Below are positions 10,625-19,750 of a stretch of DNA of 40,777 nucleotides, piece by piece. Origin of the DNA: an uncultured bacterium (GTDB lineage: Bacteria > Fidelibacterota > Fidelibacteria > Fidelibacterales > Fidelibacteraceae). The notes beneath the pieces are model-generated. The model saw nothing but the letters and a program-made list of their open reading frames with translations, was not told the origin of the DNA and searched no databases. The translations under genes were made by a program, and so were the position numbers. Numbering within the stretch: position 1 is the first letter of the stretch; each line of letters begins with the position of its first letter. The stretch spans positions 22,763-63,539 of the forward strand of contig CAYTLV010000001.1 in assembly GCA_964438445.1 (NCBI GenBank), in the 5' to 3' direction.

Positions 10625-11121
10625 CTGTTTTTATTATGAAGTGGAAAAATCATATTTAGAACAAGCAATATCAAAAATGTGTAAAGTGTTTCCGGTAATG
10701 AATAGCGGTAAAATATGATAAAAGGCTTTACATAACCGGAGTAGTAAAGGAGGTTATAAAAAATATAATAAAGAAATATTGTAGAAAAAACACTCAGTTG
10801 AAAATAAAAACCCCGCAAGCGTTCAACAAAAGGTAAAAGTTTCAATAAACCATAAATAATTAGCGTTTTAAAAAGAGGTGACAATCCCCAATATTGAATA
10901 CTGCCCGGCAAAAATATATCCTGCAAAAAGCCAAAGGCAAAGGCAGCAATAATAACAAAAATGGGTTTTTCATTAAATGCCAGAAAAAGCAGTACGATCA
11001 ATAAAATATCTGGACGAACACTGGCAATACTGATAAAATCATTGAAGATCACACTCAAAATGAACAAAACGCTCATGATGATATAAGCAGCGATTAATCT
11101 ATTTTGTTTTGTTTCTATCAT
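10621..11121 (-). CDS. mreD: rod shape-determining protein MreD
   Basis: Small, very hydrophobic multi-TM protein at the canonical position between mreC and mrdA. The call rests on synteny and hydrophobicity. Confidence 0.7.
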   Translation of the reverse strand: MIETKQNRLIAAYIIMSVLFILSVIFNDFISIASVRPDILLIVLLFLAFNEKPIFVIIAAFAFGFLQDIFLPGSIQYWGLSPLFKTLIIYGLLKLLPFVERLRGFYFQLSVFSTIFLYYIFYNLLYYSGYVKPFIIFYRYSLPETLYTFLILLVLNMIFPLHNKNR

Positions 11122-11902
11122 GACTTAAAATGAATACTTCCCGTAAGTTGTTAAATGAAACATTATAATTACCTTCGATCATGTGCGTAAATCCATTTTC
11201 CGAGGTCCGCACATTTGTGATTTCACCAATTGGGATATCCGCCGGATAAATTTCAGACAATCCGGATGTTGTTACCGTCCATCCCTGCTGAATATTAATG
11301 GTTGTTGGAATATCTTCAATAGTGAAAGTGTTCCCATGGTGCCATTTTAATATTCCATATACGCGAGAAGGATTTATCCGAACGCTTACGCGCACATCCG
11401 GTTCGATGATCATACTGGCAATACTGGTTCTTTTCCCCGAAGAGAGAATTCGCCCAACCAAGCCTTCTTTGTCTACGATCACATCATCGGCACGAATGCC
11501 TTCATTTCGACCCTTATCTATTGTGATTACGCTTGATCTGTTTTTATATCCTTTATAAACAATAAGTGAGGGTAATAGTTCATAGCGTGAGGTATCACGA
11601 AAACCTATCATTTCACGCAATCGTTCATTTTCCATATCAAGATTTTGCAAGCGTGCAACTTCTTGATTTAGTTTAAATACATCCATGCGCAATTGTTTAT
11701 TTTCTTCAATAACCTTTTTCTTGCGCTGTTGTTCTGCAGCAGGTTTTTTTAGGAATAATGAAACATCCTGCCAGCCGGTTTGGACTCGCAGGACAATATG
11801 GTTTTCTGTTTGGGACAAAAGAATGAGAGATATTCCGACAAAAATGATGGTTAATATCTCGAGATGTTTTCTAATTATAAAATCATACAGTTTGCTCAGC
11901 AT
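11099..11902 (-). CDS. mreC: rod shape-determining protein MreC
   Basis: N-terminal TM, a coiled-coil stretch (KQLRMDVFKLNQEVARLQNLDMENERLREM), then a beta-domain with EGLVGRI. Immediately follows mreB. Confidence 0.85.
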   Translation of the reverse strand: MLSKLYDFIIRKHLEILTIIFVGISLILLSQTENHIVLRVQTGWQDVSLFLKKPAAEQQRKKKVIEENKQLRMDVFKLNQEVARLQNLDMENERLREMIGFRDTSRYELLPSLIVYKGYKNRSSVITIDKGRNEGIRADDVIVDKEGLVGRILSSGKRTSIASMIIEPDVRVSVRINPSRVYGILKWHHGNTFTIEDIPTTINIQQGWTVTTSGLSEIYPADIPIGEITNVRTSENGFTHMIEGNYNVSFNNLREVFILSHDRNKTK

Positions 11903-12910
11903 CTACAACAAAATATCAATATAGTTCTCGATATTCTCCAATACTTTTCCAGTTCCTTTTGCAACGGAGAGAAGTGGTTCGTCTGCAATACTTACCGGAA
12001 GATTTGTTTCACGGCGAATGCGTTCATCAAGTCCATGCAGCAATGACCCGCCACCTGTAAGAATCACACCGCGATCCAAAATATCCGCTGAAAGTTCAGG
12101 CGGTGTATGTTCGAGTGTGCGCTTAATGGCCGCGATCATCATTTCGATAGTTTTTTGCAAACATTCCGATACGTCATTCGCATCAACTTCCACTGTGCGC
12201 GGAATACCGGTCAAAAGATTACGACCTTTTACGGCTATGATCTTTTCTTCCGTTGGAATGGCTGAGCCAACAGCTTTTTTTATCTCCTCAGCTGTGCGCT
12301 CACCAATCAAGAGATTATGTTTGCCACGAAAATAATGAACAATAGCGTTGTTTAGCTCATCACCTGCAACGCGGATAGATTCTTTTGCAACAACGCCGTT
12401 CAGGGCAAGAACTGCAATCTCGGTAGTTCCACCACCAATATCGACGATCATGCTTCCAATAGGCTTGCTGATATCAATTCCTATACCTATAGCGGCGGCA
12501 ACGGGTTCTTCAATAAGATAGACCCGACTAGCATTTGCGCGTTCAGCACTTTCCTGTACGGCTCGTTTTTCCACTTCGGTAATACCTGATGGAACACAAA
12601 TAACCATTTTAGGACGAGCAAAACGGGAAAGCTGGATCTTCTTGATAAATCCCTGTAACATACCGTCTGTCATTTCAAAGTCAGCGATCACACCGTCTTT
12701 CATAGGTCTGATGGTAGTAATATTGGGGTGTGTACGACCTAACATGTCACGGGCTTCGTTTCCAACCGCAATGATCTTTCCGGTTTTCATCGATTTTGAG
12801 ACAATAGAGGGTTCATTAATAACAATGCCTGCACCGCGCATATGTATAAGCGTATTTGCTGTTCCCAGATCGATAGCAATATCGCTGTTTAACCATTTGA
12901 ACATACTCAT
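11903..12910 (-). CDS. mreB: actin-like rod shape-determining protein MreB
   Basis: DIAIDLGTANTL, VDIGGGTTEIAV and ILTGGGSLL actin-fold phosphate/adenosine motifs. AAGGAA SD. Confidence 0.96.
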   Translation of the reverse strand: MSMFKWLNSDIAIDLGTANTLIHMRGAGIVINEPSIVSKSMKTGKIIAVGNEARDMLGRTHPNITTIRPMKDGVIADFEMTDGMLQGFIKKIQLSRFARPKMVICVPSGITEVEKRAVQESAERANASRVYLIEEPVAAAIGIGIDISKPIGSMIVDIGGGTTEIAVLALNGVVAKESIRVAGDELNNAIVHYFRGKHNLLIGERTAEEIKKAVGSAIPTEEKIIAVKGRNLLTGIPRTVEVDANDVSECLQKTIEMMIAAIKRTLEHTPPELSADILDRGVILTGGGSLLHGLDERIRRETNLPVSIADEPLLSVAKGTGKVLENIENYIDILL

Positions 12911-12933
12911 GACAATTCCTTATTATTTCTTAG

Positions 12934-13006
12934 AGCCACCTGCCGGATTTGAACCGGCGACCTACGCTTTACGAAAGCGTTGCTCTACCAACTGAGCTAA
13001 GGTGGC
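12934..13006 (-). tRNA. tRNA-Thr (anticodon CGT)
   Basis: Hand-folded 73-nt cloverleaf: GCCACCT/AGGTGGC acceptor, GCTC/GAGC D stem, ACGCT-TTCGTAA-AGCGT anticodon arm, GCCGG-TTCAAAT-CCGGC T arm, discriminator T. CCA is not encoded. Confidence 0.85.
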
Positions 13007-13062
13007 ACAGCTTACAAATATAATATCTTCATTAAAAAAAACATTAATTTTTCTAAACTAAT

Positions 13063-15060
13063 TTAGACCTTAACTTTTGTGAGCCACGTTTTTACTTTAT
13101 TATATACGGCTTCTGCCGTAAATCCAAATTTTTCAGCTAAAATCTCATACGGCGCTGAAGACCCAAAATGGTCAATTCCAAGATGCAGAACCGGATTAGA
13201 ACTTACATTTCCCCAGCCGAATGTGCGTCCGGCTTCAACAGTAATCACGCTTGTGCTTCCTGGAGGAATAACACTATCGCGATATGATTGTTCCTGCTTT
13301 AAAAATGTTTCATAAGAGGGTACCGAAACAACGCGAATATCATGCTCCTCTGCTGTTAATTTTTCCGCTGCTTTCGTACATAAGGCAAGTTCTGATCCCG
13401 AAGCACAGAGCACAGCTTCGGGTTTCATTTTAGTATCTTTTATAATGTAGGCACCCTTATCAAAATCCACAATCGTATTATGATCATTCACGTGCAATTC
13501 GGGTAAGGTTTGACGGGTCAGGATCAATGCGGTCGGACCTTCCTGATATTCCAGTGCCGACAACCATGCTTCTGCTGTTTCCTTTTCATCTGCAGGTCGT
13601 ATGACCTGAAGACCCGGAATAAGACGCAGGGACATGATTTGCTCAATAGGTTGATGTGTAGGTCCATCTTCGCCTACAAAAATACTGTCATGAGTAAAAA
13701 CATAGATAACTTGATTTTTCATCAAAGCAGACATCCTGATCGCAGATCGCATATAATCTGAAAACACCAAAAAGGTTCCAGCATAAGGTATAAAACCATT
13801 TCCGTACAAAGCCATTCCGTTCATGACCGCACCCATGGCAAACTCGCGAATACCATAATGGATGTTTCTTCCCGAGAAATCATCCTTGGAGATATATCCC
13901 GCACCCTTAAGCGTTGTCTTATCTGATGCGCCAAGATCGGCAGAACCGCCAACAAGTCCTGAGACATTCTTTGCGATTTCTTGCAAGATATTTCCGGAAT
14001 GCGCGCGGGTTGAATTTGCTTTTCCGCTTAAACTTTTTAATATTGTTTTTCTAAGATCTTGTGGTAAAGTCTTTGATACCTGAGCTTCGAATTTTTTATA
14101 TGCATCAGGAGATGTAATTTTCCACTTTTCAAGATCAGATTGCCAATTCTTATAACCTGCTTTCAAAGTTTCTTGATATGTCTGAAATTCTTTTATTACT
14201 TCTACAGGGATATAAAATGATTCATTTTCCGGAAAGTTGAGTGCTTTTTTTGTTAATTTAAGTTCTTCCTCGCCGAGAGGCGCACCGTGAGCAGCACTTG
14301 TATCTTGTTTATTCGGACTACCAAAACCAATGTGAGTTTTAGCGATAATTAATGATGGTTTTTCTGATTTTGCCTGTGCAGTTTTAATTGCTTCGGTAAT
14401 TTGTTCGTGATCATGACCGTCGATTTCCTGTACGTGCCAATGATAAGCATTAAAACGCATTGCAACATCTTCAGTAAAAGTTAGGTCTGTAGATCCGTCA
14501 ATAGTAATTCGGTTACTATCGTAAAAGCAAATCAGCTTGCCCAAACCAAGATGTCCGGCGAAAGATGAAGCTTCGTGGCTGATGCCTTCCATCATATCGC
14601 CATCACCACAAAAACAATAAGTATAATTTTTACCAAAAATATTACAGTTTTCATCATTCCATTGGGCCGCGGTCATACATGCCGCCAGTGCAAGCCCAAC
14701 GGCATTTGTTAGTCCCTGCCCTAATGGTCCTGTCGTGGTTTCAACACCCGGCAGATAGCTTTCGGGATGTCCCGGAGTTCTTGAGCCCCATTGACGAAAG
14801 TTTTTTAGATTTTCTAAAGAAATATCATATCCCGACAGATGTAACACTGCATAAAGCAGTGAAGAACCATGGCCACCGGACATAACAAAGCGATCACGTC
14901 CCGGCCATTCGGGGTCTTGGGGATTATATTTTAGGAATTTAGTCCAAAGTACGCTTGCGCAATCGGCCATTCCCATAGGTAAACCCGGGTGCCCGGAATT
15001 CGCTTTTTGCACCATATCAGCCGCCAAAAGGCGTATCGTATCTGCAGTCTTTCTTGACAT
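13063..15060 (-). CDS. tkt: transketolase
   Basis: ThDP motifs GHPG and GDGDMMEGISHEA, and the transketolase signature HDSIFVGEDGPTHQPIE. 665 aa. GGAG SD. Confidence 0.96.
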   Translation of the reverse strand: MSRKTADTIRLLAADMVQKANSGHPGLPMGMADCASVLWTKFLKYNPQDPEWPGRDRFVMSGGHGSSLLYAVLHLSGYDISLENLKNFRQWGSRTPGHPESYLPGVETTTGPLGQGLTNAVGLALAACMTAAQWNDENCNIFGKNYTYCFCGDGDMMEGISHEASSFAGHLGLGKLICFYDSNRITIDGSTDLTFTEDVAMRFNAYHWHVQEIDGHDHEQITEAIKTAQAKSEKPSLIIAKTHIGFGSPNKQDTSAAHGAPLGEEELKLTKKALNFPENESFYIPVEVIKEFQTYQETLKAGYKNWQSDLEKWKITSPDAYKKFEAQVSKTLPQDLRKTILKSLSGKANSTRAHSGNILQEIAKNVSGLVGGSADLGASDKTTLKGAGYISKDDFSGRNIHYGIREFAMGAVMNGMALYGNGFIPYAGTFLVFSDYMRSAIRMSALMKNQVIYVFTHDSIFVGEDGPTHQPIEQIMSLRLIPGLQVIRPADEKETAEAWLSALEYQEGPTALILTRQTLPELHVNDHNTIVDFDKGAYIIKDTKMKPEAVLCASGSELALCTKAAEKLTAEEHDIRVVSVPSYETFLKQEQSYRDSVIPPGSTSVITVEAGRTFGWGNVSSNPVLHLGIDHFGSSAPYEILAEKFGFTAEAVYNKVKTWLTKVKV

Positions 15061-15144
15061 TTTATCTCCACTATTCGTGCCATTAATTTAAGGGGAATTA
15101 ATAAGGTATAAAACTCTTTAATACAATAATTGAGGAATAAAATT

Positions 15145-15198
15145 AAGGCTAAGGTTGAGGCTGGGGCTGAGGTTGAGGCTGGGGCTGAGGTTAAGGAC
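15145..15198. repeat. nine tandem RRGGYY hexamers, with an 18-nt higher-order unit (GAGGCTGGGGCTGAGGTT) present twice
   Basis: aaggct aaggtt gaggct ggggct gaggtt gaggct ggggct gaggtt aaggac read directly. It lies in the divergent tkt / plus-strand-gene intergenic region and is not inside a credible ORF. Confidence 0.85.
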
Positions 15199-15260
15199 AG
15201 ACAACTTGGCGAAGAACAAATAACTTGTGAATGATTTTTAGCTTGATTACATTTTCAATT

Positions 15261-15917
15261 ATGAAAAAGATAATAGTATCCATTACAGTTTTATTTATGG
15301 CCTTTTCGCTATTTTCTGCGGTCGAGTTCTTGGAATTTAATGCGGAATTACAAGGTCTAAATATTCTGCTTTCCTGGTCCACAGCTACGGAGACTGCAAA
15401 TTCAGGTTTTATTCTTGAACGAAAAACTGCTTCACTGGCATCTTGGGAATCTCTTGCCAATTACATGAATGACGATGCATTAGTGGGACAAGGTACCGTG
15501 TCTACACAAAGCAATTATACTTATACCGATTCGTTAGTCACTAATGGCGAAACCTATTTCTATCGTATTTCTGGTATAGATTATGCCAATAATATTGGCT
15601 TACTTGACAGTCTTTCAATTATGGTGGGGGAGGTTGGAATTAGACCAGTGGTTCCAGGCGATTTTATATTAACCGTATATCCAAATCCGTTTAACCCAAG
15701 AGCAGTAATCAGTATGCACTATGCTGTAGGTAGAAATACCGTGCTCAATATATATAATATTCGCGGAATATTGGTTGACCAGTTGATCAATGGTTTTGTT
15801 GAAAGCGGAACACATGAAATGATATGGGATGCATCTAATATGCCTAGCGGCGTTTATATTGTGAAGATGCAAGCAGGTGAATATTTACATTCACGGAAAA
15901 TAATCCTAATGAAATAA
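15261..15917 (+). CDS. small secreted FN3-like protein with a canonical T9SS type-A C-terminal sorting domain
   Basis: Signal peptide MKKIIVSITVLFMAFSLFSA (ATG 15261 preferred over the track start 15231). C-terminus YPNPFNPRAVISMHY...SGVYIVKMQAG...RKIILMK. The only plus-strand gene in the window. Confidence 0.75.
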   Translation: MKKIIVSITVLFMAFSLFSAVEFLEFNAELQGLNILLSWSTATETANSGFILERKTASLASWESLANYMNDDALVGQGTVSTQSNYTYTDSLVTNGETYFYRISGIDYANNIGLLDSLSIMVGEVGIRPVVPGDFILTVYPNPFNPRAVISMHYAVGRNTVLNIYNIRGILVDQLINGFVESGTHEMIWDASNMPSGVYIVKMQAGEYLHSRKIILMK

Positions 15918-15943
15918 ATCATTTAAAAAACGATATGGATTAT

Positions 15944-15971
15944 GTAAAAACGCAAGATTTTGCGTTTTTAC
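15944..15971 (+). terminator. intrinsic terminator hairpin (12-bp stem, GATT loop)
   Basis: GTAAAAACGCAA-GATT-TTGCGTTTTTAC, 27 nt after the stop of the plus-strand gene. A/T runs on both sides could allow bidirectional function. Confidence 0.6.
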
Positions 15972-16017
15972 CTTATTGTCGAAAATTTTCTGTGTCGTTG
16001 GAAATATTGGTACAAAG

Positions 16018-16047
16018 CAAAAACCCGTCTTTTTCAAGACAGGTTTT
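16018..16047 (-). terminator. intrinsic terminator downstream of tRNA-Val
   Basis: Minus strand reads AAAACCTGTCTT-GAAA-AAGACGGGTTTTTG. The one imperfect position is a G-U wobble on the minus-strand RNA but a C-A mismatch on the plus strand, which favours minus-strand use. It starts 4 nt after the tRNA 3' end. Confidence 0.6.
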
Positions 16048-16050
16048 CTG

Positions 16051-16125
16051 TGAGCGTTGAGGGACTCGAACCCCCGACCCCCTGCTTGTAAGGCAGGTGC
16101 TCTAAACCAACTGAGCTAAACGCCC
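16051..16125 (-). tRNA. tRNA-Val (anticodon TAC)
   Basis: Hand-folded 75-nt cloverleaf: GGGCGTT/AACGCTC acceptor (one G-U pair), CCTGC-CTTACAA-GCAGG anticodon arm, GGGGG-TTCGAGT-CCCTC T arm, discriminator A. Confidence 0.85.
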
Positions 16126-16142
16126 GATATTTCAAGCCCGTA

Positions 16143-16171
16143 ATTATAAAATGTTTATGGTTGTTTTGCAA
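16143..16171 (-). promoter_or_regulatory. sigma70-type promoter for tRNA-Val (TTGCAA-17 nt-TATAAT)
   Basis: Minus strand reads cacTTGCAAaacaaccataaacatttTATAATtacgggcttgaaatatc, then the tRNA 5' end. Exact 17-nt spacer and consensus -10. Confidence 0.5.
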
Positions 16172-16240
16172 GTGTTATTCTTTGAAATCGCGGGGATAAG
16201 TCGCAATTTACCTTTACAATATCGAAATAATATTCAAAAA

Positions 16241-19200
16241 TTATTTCAAAAAGATCATCTTTGCTTTTCGGATCTCATTCCGTGATTCTAGAGAATAAAG
16301 ATATATTCCGCTCGAAAATCCGTTCATATTTATATTGACTTTATTCATGCCATATTCGGGATTTGCGATTTGTCTATTCAGGACAAGTTTTCCATCTAAA
16401 GAATAAATGCGAAGATCCAGTGGTGTAATGTCGTTAATTCTATAGCTAATCGTTGTCATGGGATTAAATGGGTTCGGAGCATTTCCGATCAGTTCAAATT
16501 CAAATTCTTCGGGGAAACTAATATCATCAATGCCTGTTAGTATTTTTGTAATTGAGCCTTTTCTGTCAGCTGAACCACGATGCATAGACCAATAAATTGT
16601 ACCCGCAAAGTTCTTTAAATCGATCACGGATAAGCCGGAGTAATTACCTGCGATCAGATCATTATCGCCATCATCATCGATATCTGTTACAGCCAGTCCG
16701 GATTTTGATAACAATCCGGTATTAAGAGGATAGCCTTGGACCCTATTGCCTTCCATGTCGAAAGCATAAATATAACCATCATTTCCCATGGCAAGAATTT
16801 GTGCTTTATTTTCTGCATCATCAAGCACATCAACAAGTGCCAATGTCTGATCAATTCGACTTACTCTTTGGGGCCAGTTGTTTTCCAAGGTACCATTGAG
16901 AACATCGATCTTATAGATATCTCCGGATGTTGTACCAAAGAATGCAAAAATATCGTCTCCACTTACATAGATGGCCGGAGATGCATAAATAGCTCCAAAT
17001 CCATCAATCATAAATCGTTGTGTCCCATTAAGATCAAAACCATACATATCGCCATTATCGTTCCCAATTAAAATGATAGCCGAATGATCTCCCGTAAGAA
17101 TAACCTGAGGTTCTGATGTAATAGAACCCGATGTACTGACGGGCCATCCAATGGGGGTCGTTCCGTCAGCCAGGACAATCGAACATTGCCCGCTTTTATC
17201 GCCATAAACAATATCATCAAGTCCGTCAGCATTTACATCTGCCAGTGAAACACCACCATGCAGGAGCTGTCCCGTTGCATGTGGAAATGTTGTGACATCC
17301 GTGCTGTCGTGATTTAAGGCATATATGTTTTGATCCCAGGAGCCAACAACCACTTCGAGCTCAGGGTCGTTATCTATATTTCCGATTGCCGGAGTTGCAG
17401 TAATAAATAAATTAGCATGTCGTGTCCATTCACGATTTCCCATTACATCAACAACCTCAATTTTTTTATTGAAAAATGACGTTGTAACGATCTCCAAGGT
17501 ATCATCCAAATCAATATCGGCAACAGCAATTCCACCGAGCTGTGAACCGAGAGTTATCGGGAATCCATCAAGGGTATCACCGGTATAGTTGACTATATAC
17601 AATTCTCCACTTTTATCTCCAAAAATGATCTCCTGTTTCCCGTCGTCATCTATATCAACGAACAAGGGAGAAGCTTCTACGGCAGTACTTGCGTAAAAAG
17701 GAAAACCTTTTTGATCTAGAGATAAAGAAACATCAAGAAGAATGGTTTTTTCATAGGGCAATTCACCGGAGTCATTTGCTATTAGAATCAATTCAAAATC
17801 ATAATTTGCCGGCATTAATGTATTGGAAAATTGGATCATAAATCCATTATTTGTATTTGAAGCATTTGTGTTTTCGGGAATTGATGCCCATGTCCCGATA
17901 CTATCCAGGATCGTGATTTCTTCATTGCTTGAACGCAAAACACCCTGAACATTTGAGGCTGTTGTCCAACCGGTATCGTTTTTTAATTCAACAATAAGAT
18001 TGATCGTTTCACCGGGATTCAGGACTGAATCACCATCATCGTTTAGAATACTTTCACTTTGATCCATATATGATAGTTTTGGCCATTTATCGAAAATCAA
18101 TGCTTTTAAAATATTCACTCGGCCTGTGCCCAATTGTCCTTCATAACCCGGATTGAGATGATCGATGGGGTCTGTATGAGATAGCATGCGATCTACCAAC
18201 CAGTCATTCGTGCTGTCAGGATAAACAGATTTTAAAAGCGCAAAACAAGAAGCAACCATGGGTGATGCCATAGATGTCCCCATTAGATATGCATAGGAAT
18301 TTTGTTTTGTTAAATAAGTACTGAGCATATTCTCGCCAGGTGCGGCAATATCTACTCCGTAAAAATTATTAGCAGGATCTGCTTCTCCATAACTTGCCCA
18401 AGAAAAGCGGTCTTGTGAACTTACCGCTGTAACCGATACGACATTATCATACCCAGAGGGGTAGTGAGGATCATCTTGTTTAATGCCCTGATCTTCATCA
18501 GCACCATTTCCCGCCGCCGCAACAATAAGTGAACCATAAGTATTATATGCCGTATTAATCAAAGTCTGAGAATATGAACTATAGCCGGGGCCACCCCAAG
18601 AGCAATTGATAATATCTGCACCTGCATGTGCAGCATACATGATACCATCCCATCCGGTGTTAATGGTTCCTTCAGTCTCATCTCCGGTTGCTTTTACTGC
18701 CATAATGGAAATATTATATGCAATTGAGGCAACACCAATACTGTTATTGGAAGTTGCTCCCACGAGTCCGGCAACATGTGTTCCGTGACTATTATTCGTC
18801 ACCATGGGATCTCTGTCATCGTCCGCTGTACCCACAGATTCATCCGTATCCCATCCTATAATATTGTCAATATATCCATCTCCATCATTATCACTACCAT
18901 CGGCCAATGGCGAATTTGTAGATACAACATCCTGTAAATTGCTTTTACCATCCCCGTTAAGATCACCGCAGAAACTGACAGCTTCATTAGCGCTAACATA
19001 TCCGTCAGAATTTCCATATGATTCATCTATAAGCGTTGCATATGCGGTGATTTCATCCTGGTTGATCCAAATATTTTTCCAAAGATCTGGGTGTGTGTAT
19101 TCAACACCATCATCCACAACAGCAACAACAATATTGCGATCACCGGGTATTTCTCCCGCTTCAAGATCCCAAAGCTTCCAGGCGTCTTTAGCCTGAGATT

Positions 19201-19627
19201 TTGCAAGAAACCATTGATTTCCGATCAAGGGATCATCGGGTATTGCATGGGTGCGCATAATAGCTTCCCGCTCAGTTCCGGTGATAGCAGGCGATGAGTT
19301 TTTAAATTCCGAGATCAACGCCAATGGAGCCGGAACATCATGATTAGTTGTCAGGCGATAGATACGATTTAAATATACTTCACCATCATGATCGCTGGCT
19401 TTTGCATTTGGTAACCACGGTTCTATTTTTACAACATCATATTTCTTAATTATTTTATTTAATTCGGGGTAGGGCGTATTCAGATTTTTGCATTGTCCAA
19501 CCGTTAGAACTTCCTCATCTTTATCCAAAGAAAAAAGAAATTTATCGGCATAGTAAGATGGCACTGTGGCCATGAGCAGACTGATTGACAGCAATAATAT
19601 TGAGAGTAGTTTTGGTGTTCGTTGCAT
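16241..19627 (-). CDS. secreted subtilisin-family (S8) serine peptidase with C-terminal FG-GAP/VCBS beta-propeller and T9SS type-A CTD
   Basis: Signal peptide. Catalytic Asp VAVVDDGVEYTHPDL, His HGTHVAGLVGA, Ser GTSMASPMVAS. At least six D-x-D/N-x-D-G...(I/L)(I/V)xG repeats (e.g. DIDDDGKQEIIFGDKSGELY, DVNADGLDDIVYGDKSG, DIDDDGDNDLIAGNYSG). CTD is APNPFNPMTTISY...SGIYLYSLES...KMIFLK. Confidence 0.9.
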   Translation of the reverse strand: MQRTPKLLSILLLSISLLMATVPSYYADKFLFSLDKDEEVLTVGQCKNLNTPYPELNKIIKKYDVVKIEPWLPNAKASDHDGEVYLNRIYRLTTNHDVPAPLALISEFKNSSPAITGTEREAIMRTHAIPDDPLIGNQWFLAKSQAKDAWKLWDLEAGEIPGDRNIVVAVVDDGVEYTHPDLWKNIWINQDEITAYATLIDESYGNSDGYVSANEAVSFCGDLNGDGKSNLQDVVSTNSPLADGSDNDGDGYIDNIIGWDTDESVGTADDDRDPMVTNNSHGTHVAGLVGATSNNSIGVASIAYNISIMAVKATGDETEGTINTGWDGIMYAAHAGADIINCSWGGPGYSSYSQTLINTAYNTYGSLIVAAAGNGADEDQGIKQDDPHYPSGYDNVVSVTAVSSQDRFSWASYGEADPANNFYGVDIAAPGENMLSTYLTKQNSYAYLMGTSMASPMVASCFALLKSVYPDSTNDWLVDRMLSHTDPIDHLNPGYEGQLGTGRVNILKALIFDKWPKLSYMDQSESILNDDGDSVLNPGETINLIVELKNDTGWTTASNVQGVLRSSNEEITILDSIGTWASIPENTNASNTNNGFMIQFSNTLMPANYDFELILIANDSGELPYEKTILLDVSLSLDQKGFPFYASTAVEASPLFVDIDDDGKQEIIFGDKSGELYIVNYTGDTLDGFPITLGSQLGGIAVADIDLDDTLEIVTTSFFNKKIEVVDVMGNREWTRHANLFITATPAIGNIDNDPELEVVVGSWDQNIYALNHDSTDVTTFPHATGQLLHGGVSLADVNADGLDDIVYGDKSGQCSIVLADGTTPIGWPVSTSGSITSEPQVILTGDHSAIILIGNDNGDMYGFDLNGTQRFMIDGFGAIYASPAIYVSGDDIFAFFGTTSGDIYKIDVLNGTLENNWPQRVSRIDQTLALVDVLDDAENKAQILAMGNDGYIYAFDMEGNRVQGYPLNTGLLSKSGLAVTDIDDDGDNDLIAGNYSGLSVIDLKNFAGTIYWSMHRGSADRKGSITKILTGIDDISFPEEFEFELIGNAPNPFNPMTTISYRINDITPLDLRIYSLDGKLVLNRQIANPEYGMNKVNINMNGFSSGIYLYSLESRNEIRKAKMIFLK

Positions 19628-19750
19628 TTATATATCCATTCTTTTTTTATCCGTAATGTTATGATTTTAATGGAAATAAAACAAGAAAGAAAAATATAAA
19701 GGCAAGAGTTGAAAATTGAAAATTATAATAAATAAATGTGATTTATAAAT

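Noticed and set aside
12018-12335. 105-aa plus-strand ORF
   Set aside because: Shadow ORF antisense to mreB. Its Ser/Pro/Arg-rich translation shows no motif.
12642-12995. 117-aa plus-strand ORF
   Set aside because: It is antisense to the well-supported mreB gene and runs straight through tRNA-Thr. It has no SD and a low-complexity composition typical of a shadow ORF.
15145-15198. Tandem repeat as a CRISPR array or coding collagen/Ala-Glu repeat
   Set aside because: The units are 6/18 nt with no spacers, and the tract is bounded by stop codons in the repeat frame and lies outside any ORF.
15191-15460. 89-aa minus-strand ORF
   Set aside because: It overlaps the signal peptide and N-terminus of the plus-strand T9SS-CTD gene. 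It has no SD or motif and would start inside that gene.
16051-16125. tRNA-Val as the integration site of a genomic island, because it marks the housekeeping/accessory boundary
   Set aside because: I found no integrase or recombinase and no obvious direct repeat of the tRNA 3' end anywhere in the 24 kb beyond it. The accessory genes use the same SD style and strand as the core genes. Compositional analysis of the full contig could revisit this.
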